Source: Dehalococcoidia bacterium
GTDB taxonomy: Bacteria > Chloroflexota > Dehalococcoidia > Bin125
Length of the DNA: 64,000 nt
Direction of reading: 5' to 3'
Assembly: GCA_965208665.1 (NCBI GenBank)
Contig: CBDBPH010000001.1
Span: forward strand, 16,408 to 80,407
Shown: positions 17,987-27,728 of the stretch, in pieces
Layout of the letters: each line of letters starts with the position of its first letter
Numbering within the stretch: the stretch's first letter is position 1
Translations under genes and position numbers: made by a program
The notes under the pieces: model-generated
What the model was told of the DNA's origin: nothing
Databases searched by the model: none
What the model saw: only the letters and a program-made list of their open reading frames with translations

Positions 17987-18778
17987 TCAGTTCATCCGCA
18001 TTCCGCCGTCAACATTGAGCGACTGACCTGTGATGTTCCTGGCGTCGTCCGAGGCGAAGAACACGACGGCCTTGCCGATATCTTCCGGCGTCTGCTCGCG
18101 GCCGAGCGGCATGTTGTTCTGGACTGCGGCCTCGAACGCTGCGCGTCGATCGACGACCTCATCGGCATCGTCGCCGACGAGCATTCCCTCGAGCTTGCGC
18201 CACATATCGGTCCAGAGCAGACCGGGGCACACGGCATTGACGTTGATGTTGTGTGGCCCGAGTTCAATGGCCTGCGACTGGGTGAGACTGACCGCGCCTG
18301 CCTTGGAAGCGGAATACGCGGCAATCGTGCCACCCTGCCGAGCTGCGATCGAGACAGTATTGACGATCTTGCCGCCGCCATTCTCAATGAAGTGCGCCTT
18401 CAGCGCGCTGCTGACCTTCCAGATCGCCTTCAGATTGACCTCGAAGCAGCGATCCCAGTCCGACTCGACCTCGTCCTCGCTCAGGTGGTCGGGGGCGACG
18501 CCGGCGTTGTTGACGAGGATGTCGATTCTGCCCATCTCGGCGAGCGCTCTCTCGATGTTGGTCGAGATCGAGTCGTCGCTGGTCACATCCATCTCGAGCG
18601 CCATCGTCGTCACGCCGTGGCGATTCTGCAGCTCACCGGCTGTCTGGTAGGCCAGATCGATCAGCAGATCGGCCACGATCACATCTGCGCCCTCTCGGGC
18701 CAACTCCGTGGCAATGCCCTTACCGATGCCGCGTGCCGAGCCGGTCACCAATGCGACCTTGCCATCCAGTCGTCCCAT
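17987..18778 (-). CDS. SDR oxidoreductase (tandem paralogue 2)
   Basis: TGSARGIG, NNAG, YSASK; colinear with and very similar to 16995-17786. Confidence 0.92.
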   Translation of the reverse strand: MGRLDGKVALVTGSARGIGKGIATELAREGADVIVADLLIDLAYQTAGELQNRHGVTTMALEMDVTSDDSISTNIERALAEMGRIDILVNNAGVAPDHLSEDEVESDWDRCFEVNLKAIWKVSSALKAHFIENGGGKIVNTVSIAARQGGTIAAYSASKAGAVSLTQSQAIELGPHNINVNAVCPGLLWTDMWRKLEGMLVGDDADEVVDRRAAFEAAVQNNMPLGREQTPEDIGKAVVFFASDDARNITGQSLNVDGGMRMN

Positions 18779-18811
18779 GTTCAACATCCTGTTCAGGCGA
18801 ATTCGACTTGT

Positions 18812-20122
18812 CTAGCCGGGGCCAAACTCACGTTTCTGGGGGGCGTTTCGGCTGGCAATCAGATTAGCTGCCAGTTGGGCGATGGGCTTGCGGTGAATTC
18901 TGACCATCAGGATCAACAGCGCCAGCGTCAGCGCGTTGATTCCCGCAATCATGACCAGAACCGGTTGATAGTCGTCGTTCATCAGATCGAGCATCAGCCC
19001 CGCGGCGAACGGACCAATCGCCAGGGCCACGTTGCCCATCGCGGTCTGCAGCGCCATCAGCGTGCCCAAACGCCGTAGACCGAAGACGTCAGAAGCAATC
19101 AACCCCTGCAACGGCATCGTCTGTCCCCAGACCAGCCCCGCGATAATCGCCGAGAGATAGATCCAGAAGATCGGACCGGCCGCCAGCAGCGCCAACGTTC
19201 CCAGCAGCATCACGCCGTAACCGACGCCCAGCGCCGGCCGCAGCCCGAGCAGTCCGGCCATCGGGCCAATCAGAGCCCGACCCGGGATTGAGAGGAAGCC
19301 GCGTAGACCGGTCAAAGCCGCTGCCGCCGTGATCGACATTCCCGCCGCTGTCGAGGCCGGCACGAAGTGGTTGAGCAGCGCGCCCAGGCCGAACGAACTC
19401 GCGATCACCATCGCCAGCATCACCTGCACCTCGCGGGAGCGCAGCGCCTCCCGAACCCCGCTGAAGCCGTGCTGATCTGTCCTCACGCCGCCGCTGCGTG
19501 ACGTGGACGCCTCCGGCGCCGGAATCGGCGGCAGGCGACGAACCGACAACACGGCGGGCAGTGAGATCACGGCGGCCACCACCAGCAGGATCCTGACCGC
19601 CCAGCGCCAGCCGAACTCGTCCGTGAACAGCCCGGTCAACGGCATGAAGATCACCGAAGAGAAGCCACCCGTGGTCACCAGCACCGTCATCGCGGCCGTC
19701 TGCCGCTTCGGGAAGAGCCGTGCCGCGATCGGCATCGTGACGTTGTAAAACAGCCCGGCGATCGTCACCGCCCCGCCCACGGTCCAGAGCACGATGAACA
19801 GCCAGATGTTCTCGGAGTACGAGGCGGCCATCAGGAAGACGGTGCCGACGATGAGTCCGGTCCACAGCACCGGTCGGGGACCGAGAGCATCGAGAACGCG
19901 CCCTGAGACCAGTGAAGCGGCGGCCCCGAGCAGGTACGAGCCCATGAATGCGGCGTTCACTGCCGCCGAGGACCAACCCTCGTCCTCCTGGATTGGGCCG
20001 GCGATAATCCCGAATCCGTACAGCACGAGCCCGTATGCGCCGCACGTCAGGATGCCGAGGAAGATGATTTGTCGCCACGCCCACAACCAATCAGCGATGT
20101 CGCGCGGCGGTGGCAGTTTCAT
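18812..20122 (-). CDS. MFS transporter
   Basis: About 12 TM segments, GRVLDALGPR motif, FGWRWA. Confidence 0.88.
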   Translation of the reverse strand: MKLPPPRDIADWLWAWRQIIFLGILTCGAYGLVLYGFGIIAGPIQEDEGWSSAAVNAAFMGSYLLGAAASLVSGRVLDALGPRPVLWTGLIVGTVFLMAASYSENIWLFIVLWTVGGAVTIAGLFYNVTMPIAARLFPKRQTAAMTVLVTTGGFSSVIFMPLTGLFTDEFGWRWAVRILLVVAAVISLPAVLSVRRLPPIPAPEASTSRSGGVRTDQHGFSGVREALRSREVQVMLAMVIASSFGLGALLNHFVPASTAAGMSITAAAALTGLRGFLSIPGRALIGPMAGLLGLRPALGVGYGVMLLGTLALLAAGPIFWIYLSAIIAGLVWGQTMPLQGLIASDVFGLRRLGTLMALQTAMGNVALAIGPFAAGLMLDLMNDDYQPVLVMIAGINALTLALLILMVRIHRKPIAQLAANLIASRNAPQKREFGPG

Positions 20123-20170
20123 GGCCGCAGGCTAGGTGGTGCGTCGTTGGACGCACGGTACGCTGCGCCT

Positions 20171-20680
20171 ATGCCCAATCAGCCTTCGAGCCGGCCTTCC
20201 AGCCACTCGGTCACCGTCGAGCGCCAGCGCCTTCGATTCGCCGCGGGCCACTTCGCCACCTTCGCCGACGAGCTGGAGCCGATCCACGGCCACAATTACG
20301 ACGTCTTCGTCGAGGTGATCGGCCCCTTGACCGAAGAATCCTGGGTGATCGACTTTTCCCTGCTCAAACGACTCACCCGCGAGGTTTGCGAGACGCTTGA
20401 TCACAAATTCCTCCTGCAAATGGATTCGCGCGCGCTGACAATCACCGACGACAACACCCACTATCTGATCCAGTACCAGGACGAGATGTCGTATCGCCTG
20501 CCGAAACACGATGTCGCCGCGCTGCCGATCGACAACAGCACCGCCGAGCGACTGTCGCAATACATCGCCGGACAACTGATCGGCTCGCTCGAGGTCTCCG
20601 GTCCACCCGGACTGGCCCGATTGAGGGTGGGCGTCGAGGAAATGCCCGGCCAGGCTGCATGGTTTGAGACGGACCTCTGA
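20171..20680 (+). CDS. 6-pyruvoyl-tetrahydropterin synthase/QueD family (PTPS-III-like)
   Basis: FAAGH, EPIHGHNY, IDF, LDH, STAE, VEE motifs. Confidence 0.85.
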   Translation: MPNQPSSRPSSHSVTVERQRLRFAAGHFATFADELEPIHGHNYDVFVEVIGPLTEESWVIDFSLLKRLTREVCETLDHKFLLQMDSRALTITDDNTHYLIQYQDEMSYRLPKHDVAALPIDNSTAERLSQYIAGQLIGSLEVSGPPGLARLRVGVEEMPGQAAWFETDL

Positions 20681-21207
20681 TGGCGGACGACTCGGACAGG
20701 TGCGTGGTGTTGGTGCTCTACGACTCGCAGGGGCTGGTGGCGGAACTGGCGAAGTCGATCGTCGAAGGCGCAGCGTCGGTACACGGCATCGAGGTCTGGG
20801 ACCGACCGTTGGACAACGCCGACAAGGATGAACTGGTCAAATGCGATGCGCTGATTCTTGGCAGCCCCAACTGGACCGGGATCACCGGCCGGCTCAAGCA
20901 CTGGTGGGACTACACCGGTGACCTCTGGGAGACGGGCGAACTGGCCGATAAGCCCGCCGCCGCCTTCAGCGCAGGCTGGAGCCCGTCCGGAGGACTCGAG
21001 GCGACGCTGCTCCAACTCGTCCATCTGTTGATCGGCCACGGGATGCTGATCGTCGGGCTGCCCTGGACGTCGACTATGAATCACTCGGGCAGCTACTACG
21101 GCGCCACGGCGGTGCGCAAGGTGACGGACCTGGATCGGGAGCAAGCGAAGAAGCTGGGCGCGCGGGTGTCGGAGTACGCGCTGCGCCTGAGTGAAGTGAC
21201 CACCTGA
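20680..21207 (+). CDS. Flavodoxin-like/WrbA-type NAD(P)H oxidoreductase
   Basis: YDSQG, DALILGSP, GGLEATL, SYYGA. Confidence 0.8.
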   Translation: MADDSDRCVVLVLYDSQGLVAELAKSIVEGAASVHGIEVWDRPLDNADKDELVKCDALILGSPNWTGITGRLKHWWDYTGDLWETGELADKPAAAFSAGWSPSGGLEATLLQLVHLLIGHGMLIVGLPWTSTMNHSGSYYGATAVRKVTDLDREQAKKLGARVSEYALRLSEVTT

Positions 21208-21656
21208 TGCTCGATTCCTATGACCCCAACGAACTGCTCGGAATCGCGCCCGGTTCGTCGGAGGACGACATCCGCAAAGCGTTTCGCCGCAAGGCCAAGT
21301 CGGTCCATCCCGATGTCTCCGACGCTCCCGATGCCGCCGAGCAGTTCACGCGGCTCAAGGCCGCTCACGACCTGCTGATCGCGCGGCTCAATGATCCGCT
21401 CGCGCCGACTCCCGAAGACCTGTACCGCCCGGCGAGGGCGGTGAGCGAGCAAGAGCAAGAGCTCATCCTTCAGGCGCATCGGCGCAAGCGTGAGGCGGAG
21501 AAGCGTCGCCGCGCGCGCCGGCGGGGAGGGACCAGCGGCAACACGAGGCGAGCGATGCGCGAGAACGAGCGCTTCCGCGCCGAGATGGCCCGCCGTCGCG
21601 CGGCCCACGAAGCACTGCAGCGTGAACAAGATGCGGGGAGCGACCTGGAACTGTGA
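21207..21656 (+). CDS. J-domain protein with a basic helical tail
   Basis: LLGI...IRKAFRRKAKSVHPD...F..LKAAHDLL. Confidence 0.85.
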   Translation: MLDSYDPNELLGIAPGSSEDDIRKAFRRKAKSVHPDVSDAPDAAEQFTRLKAAHDLLIARLNDPLAPTPEDLYRPARAVSEQEQELILQAHRRKREAEKRRRARRRGGTSGNTRRAMRENERFRAEMARRRAAHEALQREQDAGSDLEL

Positions 21657-22531
21657 CCGACTACCAGAACATCCTCGTCGACGTCGACGGTCCGGTTGCA
21701 ACGATCACGCTCAACCGGCCGGAGAAGCTCAATGCGCTCTCCGAGGCGCTGCGCGATGATCTTGCCGCCGCGCTGCGTGAGCTGAATCCCGGCGACTCGG
21801 TTCGCATCGTCCGACTCAAGGCCGCCGGTCGGGCCTTCTGCGCCGGCTACGACATCACCCCCAGCGACAACGATTTCGACTTCACGCCCAGCCCGCGAAG
21901 AGGCGATCACGCTTGGGAACTGGGCGAGTCCAATGTCGCCATGAATCGCGAGCACCTGCGCGACTCGATGGAGCGCTGGCTCTGGATCTGGTCGTATCGC
22001 AAACCGATCGTGGCGCAGGTGCACGGCTGGTGTCTGGCCGGCGGCAACGATCTCGTCGGGACCTGTGACATCATCTTCGCCGCAGAGACCGCCCGCTTCG
22101 GCCATCCCGCCGGTCGGGCGCTGGGTCAACCGCCGACGCTGGGCATGTGGCCCATGAAGATCGGCATGCTCAAAGCGAAGGAGCTGCTATTCAGCGGCGA
22201 CACGATCGACGGCATCGAGGCGGAACGCATCGGGATGATCAATCGCGTGTATCCCGAGGAACAGCTCGATGAACAAACGATGGCCTACTGCCAGCGCATC
22301 GCCAACGTCCCCCTGGACGGCCTGACCGTGCACAAGCACTCCGTCAATCGCTGGGCCGAGCTCATGGGTCTGACCATGTCGGTCTACGAAGGCGCGGAAT
22401 TCAACGCCGTGTTCGCCGAGACCGCCGCCATCCAGGAGTTCGGCAACATCTCAATGACCAAGGGCCTCAAAGCCGCCCTGGAATGGCGAGACGACCCCTT
22501 CGGAGACGGCCGCGGCGCACTGAGGCGCTAG
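21653..22531 (+). CDS. Crotonase family protein (tandem paralogue 1)
   Basis: ITLNRPEKLNA, FCAGYD, KPIVAQVHGWCLAGG. Confidence 0.9.
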   Translation: MTDYQNILVDVDGPVATITLNRPEKLNALSEALRDDLAAALRELNPGDSVRIVRLKAAGRAFCAGYDITPSDNDFDFTPSPRRGDHAWELGESNVAMNREHLRDSMERWLWIWSYRKPIVAQVHGWCLAGGNDLVGTCDIIFAAETARFGHPAGRALGQPPTLGMWPMKIGMLKAKELLFSGDTIDGIEAERIGMINRVYPEEQLDEQTMAYCQRIANVPLDGLTVHKHSVNRWAELMGLTMSVYEGAEFNAVFAETAAIQEFGNISMTKGLKAALEWRDDPFGDGRGALRR

Positions 22532-22598
22532 AGCCGCACTGGGGTTGCGACGGAGTCGCCAAGTAACATTCGATCGATTCCCATTTGAGGAGGCTCCA

Positions 22599-23483
22599 AT
22601 GACCGAATACGAAAACGTCCTGGTCGACGTTGATGGACCAGTGGCAACGATCACCCTGAACCGTCCCGAAAAGCTCAACGCAATATCCGGTGGCCTGCGC
22701 GATGACCTCGAGGCCGCCCTGCGAGAACTCAACCCCGGTGACACCGTCCGCATCATCCGACTCAAGGGAGCCGGACGCGCGTTCTGCGCGGGTTACGATC
22801 TCACGCCCGGCGGAGGCGCCATGAACTGGCGACCCAATCAGCGCACCGGCGACCAGGCCTGGGAACTCGGCGAGTCGCGGATCGCGCTCGACCGCGAGAA
22901 CCTCCGGGTCTCGGTCGACCGTTGGCTCTGGATGTGGGGTTATCGCAAGCCGATCGTCGCCCAGGTGCACGGCTGGTGCCTCGCCGGCGGCGGCGAGATG
23001 ATCGGCGCCTGCGATATCGTCTTCGCCGCTGAATCCGCTCGTTTCGGCCATCCCGCCGGCCGCGCCATCGGCATCCCGCCGACCCTCGGCATGTGGCCGG
23101 CCAAGATCGGCATGCTCAAGACCAAGGAACTGCTCTTCAGCGGCGACACCGTCGACGGCGTCGAGGCCGAGCGGATCGGCATGATCAATCGCGCTTACCC
23201 CGAGGAGCTGCTTGACGAAGAGACCATGGCCTACTGCCAGCGGATCGCCAACGTCCCGCTCGACGGCCTCACGGTCCACAAGCACTCGACCAACCGCTGG
23301 TTCGAGCTGATGGGGCTGCGCGTCGCCGCCTCCGAGGGCGCTGACTTTGACGCCATCTGGCATGAAGCCCCGAGCATCAACGAGTTCGTCAACATTGGGC
23401 GGGAGAAGGGCCTCAAGGTCGCGCTTGAGTGGCGAGACGATCCATTCGGCGACGGCCGCGGCGCACTGCGCCGCCGGACGTAG
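22599..23483 (+). CDS. Crotonase family protein (tandem paralogue 2)
   Basis: Same motifs as paralogue 1; GAGGAGG ribosome-binding site before ATG 22599. Confidence 0.9.
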   Translation: MTEYENVLVDVDGPVATITLNRPEKLNAISGGLRDDLEAALRELNPGDTVRIIRLKGAGRAFCAGYDLTPGGGAMNWRPNQRTGDQAWELGESRIALDRENLRVSVDRWLWMWGYRKPIVAQVHGWCLAGGGEMIGACDIVFAAESARFGHPAGRAIGIPPTLGMWPAKIGMLKTKELLFSGDTVDGVEAERIGMINRAYPEELLDEETMAYCQRIANVPLDGLTVHKHSTNRWFELMGLRVAASEGADFDAIWHEAPSINEFVNIGREKGLKVALEWRDDPFGDGRGALRRRT

Positions 23484-24371
23484 ATGTCGATGCGCCAACT
23501 TCCAACGGCGTCTACGGCCCAGGTCCGCGGCTACGCGCTGCGAGTCTGGGAATGGCCCGCAACAGGCAATCCTGTCCGCACGGCCGTCCTGATTCACGCA
23601 ACGGGTTTCCACGCCCGGACCTGGGATGCCGTCGCTCGACTGCTGCCCGAGGACTGGCGCGTCTTCGCCCTCGACATGCGCGGTCACGGAGCCTCGCAGG
23701 CTCCACCAAACAAGGCTGAGGCGGATTGGCGCGAGATGGCAGCCGACCTCAACGAGTGGCTAGCTCAACGTGATCTGACCGAAGTGGTCGCCGCCGGACA
23801 CTCGATGGGCGGCTGCATCTGCACGATCGCAGCCGCCACTGGCGACCGAATTGAGTCGCTGGCGCTGATCGACCCTGTCTTGGTCAACCCACGCGGGCCC
23901 ATGCCGCCCATGCCTCCCGACGGCCTGGCAGTTGCGGCGCGCAAGCGCCGTCGAATCTGGAACAGTCCGACCGAGATGTCGGAGTCTTTGCTCGGTCGCG
24001 GAGCCTTCACGCATTGGCCGAAGGAAGCGGTCGAGAGTTATGTGCGGTACGGGCTGAAGCCAGGCGACACAGCGGCGGAGTGGGAACTGGCCTGCGACCC
24101 CGAGGTCGAGGCCTGGTGTTTCGAGTACGCACCCACCGTCGATCCATGGCCGGACATGGCCAGGGCGGGACAGCCGACACTAATCTTGCGCGCCGGCGAG
24201 AGCTTCGGACACGGTTCACCGACCGGTCAGAATGCCGTCGAGGTGTTCCCGAACGCATTCGAGACCGTGGTCGAGGACTCGGATCACTTCATCCCCATGC
24301 GCCGGCCCGATGCGGTGGCTGAGACGATTACGACCGTGGCGAGGGACTGCTCAGCAGATAGCCAGGACTGA
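23484..24371 (+). CDS. Alpha/beta hydrolase
   Basis: HATGF, DMRGHG, GHSMGG, C-terminal HFIPM. Confidence 0.9.
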   Translation: MSMRQLPTASTAQVRGYALRVWEWPATGNPVRTAVLIHATGFHARTWDAVARLLPEDWRVFALDMRGHGASQAPPNKAEADWREMAADLNEWLAQRDLTEVVAAGHSMGGCICTIAAATGDRIESLALIDPVLVNPRGPMPPMPPDGLAVAARKRRRIWNSPTEMSESLLGRGAFTHWPKEAVESYVRYGLKPGDTAAEWELACDPEVEAWCFEYAPTVDPWPDMARAGQPTLILRAGESFGHGSPTGQNAVEVFPNAFETVVEDSDHFIPMRRPDAVAETITTVARDCSADSQD

Positions 24372-25152
24372 AGCCGGACTCGCCTTCGCGGATATCGGGT
24401 GCGAGCTGGGACATCAGCACATCCCGCGCTCGCTCGTGTCGTTCGGCATCCCAACAGAACTCACCGGCAAGACAGATTGCCGACTCGCCCGTGCCCGCAC
24501 GGAAGTGTCCGGACGTTTCGACGAACCGATCGACTACAAATCGATGCGCGCCTGTCGCGGCGACCTGCTCGGCGAAGCGGCGAGGTTCCTCGATCGGCAG
24601 CAGCGGCGACATTGTGATCGCGACCGGGATGCCAGCCTCCGCGAGCTCGCACGCAGCATCGAGCCGGTCCGCAATCGGCGGGTTTCTCGGTTCGAACGCC
24701 CGGCGAACATCCTCGGAGTCGGTCGTGATGCTGAGATTGACGCAAACCCGATCGAACGTACTCAGCAAGTCGATATCCCTCGTCACCAGCGGACTGCGGG
24801 TCTGGACGACGAGATGAGCTCCTTTCTCAGCCAGCGTCGGCAGGAGTGATCGGGTCAGTTCTAAACGCCGCTCAATTGGCTGGTATGGGTCGGTCGCGCT
24901 GCTCATGTAGATGGTCTTGCCGTCAAGAGAACGGCGCATTCGCGACAGCTTGAGCGCCGCGTTCCGCTTCACCCGTACCCAGTCGCCCCAACTCTTCTGC
25001 TTGTCGAACGGCGCGAAAAAGGCCGCATAGCAATAGGAGCAGCCAAACGCGCAGCCGACGTACGGATTCAGCGAATAGTCGTACGAGCTAAGGAAGCCGG
25101 CGCCGGGGGTCAGAATCTGGTGGGCATCGTAGGCTTCGACGGTGAGGGACAC
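24328..25152 (-). CDS. Radical SAM protein, spore-photoproduct-lyase-like (SPL/Rv2578c family)
   Basis: NPYVGCAFGCSYCYA, SSATDPYQPIE, QTRSPL. Confidence 0.85.
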   Translation of the reverse strand: MSLTVEAYDAHQILTPGAGFLSSYDYSLNPYVGCAFGCSYCYAAFFAPFDKQKSWGDWVRVKRNAALKLSRMRRSLDGKTIYMSSATDPYQPIERRLELTRSLLPTLAEKGAHLVVQTRSPLVTRDIDLLSTFDRVCVNLSITTDSEDVRRAFEPRNPPIADRLDAACELAEAGIPVAITMSPLLPIEEPRRFAEQVAATGAHRFVVDRFVETSGHFRAGTGESAICLAGEFCWDAERHERARDVLMSQLAPDIREGESGFSPGYLLSSPSPRS

Positions 25153-25158
25153 GACTCG

Positions 25159-26355
25159 CTAGTCAAACGCCCCCGAGACCAGGTGCTCGACGTACTCATC
25201 GTCCGACATGCCCACGATGTCCTTGTAGACGTACTCGTTGTCCTCCCCCAGCAGTGGCGCAGCCTTGGTCAATTCGCCGGGAGTCTCCGAGAGGCGGAAT
25301 GAAGGGCCGTCGTAGGCTCGATGACCCATCGTCGGGTGATCGAGCATCCAGTAGTGGCCTCGGTGTTCGAGCTGTGGGTCGTTGCGCAGATCTTCGGGCG
25401 TTTGCACGACGCCGGCGGGAACTCCAGCCTCCTGCAGTTGCTGCATCAACTCTTCGGCCTGCAGACTCCGAGTCCAGTCGGCAATCGCGACGTCAAGCGC
25501 GTCTGGCTCCATTGCGGTCCACGACGATTGCCCCGCAACATTGGCTAACGCAGCGAGCTCAGCGTCGTTGGTAACCGTGATCGCGATCCAGCGGTCATCG
25601 TCATCACCGCGTGGAGCGCATTGGTAGGTGGCGTAGGGTCGAAAGTCCGGATGTCCTGCCCCCAGCGCATCTTGCTGGCGGCCGTTGACCGTGTAGTCCA
25701 GAACCATCGTCTCGGTCGCGTGGATTGCCGCTTCCATCTGGCCGAAGTCAATGTTCTGCCCCTCGCCCGTGCGCTGGCGATGATCGAGCGCGGCCAGCAG
25801 CGCCGAGGCAGCGAAATGCGGCACGAGAAAGTCGGTGTAAGCAACGCCGGTCCCGATCGGCTCCTCGCCCGGATACGCCGTCACGTGCGAGATCCCGGCC
25901 GCAGCTTGCAGCACATGCCCGTAGCCCTGCCACATCGACCAGGGGCCGGTCAGTCCGTACATCGGCATCGAGATCATGATCAGGTCCGGACGGAGCTCAC
26001 ACAGATCTTCGTACGTCATCCCCCAGGCGCGCATCGCTTTGGGCGTGAACGACTCGGTCACGATGTCGCAGTGCGCGACGATCCGCTTGGCGATCTGCAC
26101 TCCATCCGGATGTTGCAGGTTGAGCGAGACGCATTTCTTGGACGAGTTGAAGTCGGCGTAGTAACCGCTGTTGTCGAGTCCCGGTTCGTCGTTGGCGAAC
26201 GGCGGCGCCCGACGAAGCGGCTCAGGGCGAACAGAGGACTCGATCCGGATCACTTCCGCGCCATGGTCGGCGAGGTACTTGGAGACGAGCGGTCCCACAC
26301 CGACCCAGGCGAAGTCGGCGACCCGGATGCCTTCAAAGACCTTGCTGATGGCCAT
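25159..26355 (-). CDS. CoA-transferase family III (CaiB/BaiF), subunit with the catalytic Asp
   Basis: GIRVADF, GAEVIRIE, NSSKK, AYTDF, RTGEGQ, APLLGE. Confidence 0.9.
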   Translation of the reverse strand: MAISKVFEGIRVADFAWVGVGPLVSKYLADHGAEVIRIESSVRPEPLRRAPPFANDEPGLDNSGYYADFNSSKKCVSLNLQHPDGVQIAKRIVAHCDIVTESFTPKAMRAWGMTYEDLCELRPDLIMISMPMYGLTGPWSMWQGYGHVLQAAAGISHVTAYPGEEPIGTGVAYTDFLVPHFAASALLAALDHRQRTGEGQNIDFGQMEAAIHATETMVLDYTVNGRQQDALGAGHPDFRPYATYQCAPRGDDDDRWIAITVTNDAELAALANVAGQSSWTAMEPDALDVAIADWTRSLQAEELMQQLQEAGVPAGVVQTPEDLRNDPQLEHRGHYWMLDHPTMGHRAYDGPSFRLSETPGELTKAAPLLGEDNEYVYKDIVGMSDDEYVEHLVSGAFD

Positions 26356-26364
26356 GTCTCGCTC

Positions 26365-27627
26365 CTAGATCACACTGTCTGCGGACAGCGCGAGGATCTC
26401 CTCGTCGGAGAAGTCGAGCAGGTTGCCGTACACGTAGAAGTTGTGCTCGCCGATGCGCGGGGCTCGGTGACGAATCGAGATCGGCGTTTTGCTCAGCTTG
26501 GCCCACGGACCTGGATACGTCACGTGGCCTTCCTCGTACTCGACCTCGGTCCAGTAGTCGCGCGCGGCAAGATGCTCGTTCTCGAGCAAGTCCCTCGGCG
26601 TGTTGACAATGCCCCAGCCGTTTCGGATCTGCTGAGCTTCCGAGACCAGTTGCGCTCGAGTGAATTGCTTGCAGAACGCGACGAGGACATCGTTCAAGTA
26701 GTCCCCGTCATGCCCGCTCGGCGGAATCAGCAGACCCTGGGTCGCGTCGAGCTTGGCCAGCCATTCGTCCGAGGTGAGGTCGCCGGCCATCCCGTGATGG
26801 TCGAGCCACTCGATCGTCTGGCGCGCAGTCAGTCCGAACAGTCCGCCGTAGGACAGCGCCGCAACATACCCGTCGGCCGCCTCGTACACGTACTGCCCCG
26901 ATTTGTAGCCGCCGATCTCGCGGCCGTTGCCGGGACGCCCGTTGTTGATCCCGCGGATGTCCCAGGTGGGCGTGGCGTTGTCATGCGTGAACGTCACGGC
27001 TTCCTGCATCGACTGGTCAACGTGCTGACCCTCGCCCGACTTCGTCCGCTGGTAGTGGGCGATCAACGTGCCCACGACCGCCTGCGCAGACGCCTGCGTA
27101 AAGCCCTGAGAGGCCGTCGGGCGAATCGGAGGACGGCCGGGAGCGCCGCACATTGACGACAAGCCGCCCATTGCCGTGCCGACCAGATCCGTCGCCTTCC
27201 AGTTCGCGTACGGACCATCGCGTCCGAAGGGCGTGATCGAGGTGTGGACCAGGCTCTGGTGCGATGCCGCAATGCGCTCAACACCCAGGCCCAGCGCCGA
27301 CGCCGCGTGCGGCGGACACGTTTCGACGAGGAAGTCGGCCGTCGCCAACAGCCGCGTGAACAGTTCCTGACCCCGAATCGATGTGAGATCAAGGGTGGCG
27401 CTCAGTTTGTTGGCGTTGAACGTCCACCAGTGGAGCGAATACTCGGGATCAACGATGTCCCCGCGAAACGGTCCGATAAACCGAGATTCATCGCCGCCCG
27501 GCGGCTCGACCTTGATCACCTCAGCCCCAAGGTCGCCAAGCATCCGCCCAGCGAGCTGGCCGAGCTCGTTGGTCAGGTCAATGACGCGAAATGGCGCCAG
27601 CGGTCCGGCAGCGGTTTGAGTGATCAT
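26365..27627 (-). CDS. CoA-transferase family III, partner subunit
   Basis: LGDLGAEVIKVEPPGGD, NANKLS, ITPFG, SGEGQHVD, APRIGEH. Confidence 0.9.
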   Translation of the reverse strand: MITQTAAGPLAPFRVIDLTNELGQLAGRMLGDLGAEVIKVEPPGGDESRFIGPFRGDIVDPEYSLHWWTFNANKLSATLDLTSIRGQELFTRLLATADFLVETCPPHAASALGLGVERIAASHQSLVHTSITPFGRDGPYANWKATDLVGTAMGGLSSMCGAPGRPPIRPTASQGFTQASAQAVVGTLIAHYQRTKSGEGQHVDQSMQEAVTFTHDNATPTWDIRGINNGRPGNGREIGGYKSGQYVYEAADGYVAALSYGGLFGLTARQTIEWLDHHGMAGDLTSDEWLAKLDATQGLLIPPSGHDGDYLNDVLVAFCKQFTRAQLVSEAQQIRNGWGIVNTPRDLLENEHLAARDYWTEVEYEEGHVTYPGPWAKLSKTPISIRHRAPRIGEHNFYVYGNLLDFSDEEILALSADSVI

Positions 27628-27660
27628 GCGACCGATGATAAACCTCGTCTGGTGGCGAGC

Positions 27661-27721
27661 AGGGCGACCACAAGGGTCGCCCCTACACGAAGGCCGGTAG
27701 GGGCAGGCCTTGTGCCTGCCC
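27661..27721. repeat. Inverted pair of GTAG-family REP elements
   Basis: Reverse-strand gtaggggcgacccttgtggtcgccct (27661-27686) and forward gtaggggcaggccttgtgcctgccc (27697-27721). Confidence 0.85.
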
Positions 27722-27728
27722 GCCCTTG

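Noticed and set aside
25621-27156. Long antisense ORFs (also 31154-32641, 45393-47009 and 53510-54733)
   Set aside because: These are the usual high-GC shadow frames opposite recognised genes and have no motifs of their own.
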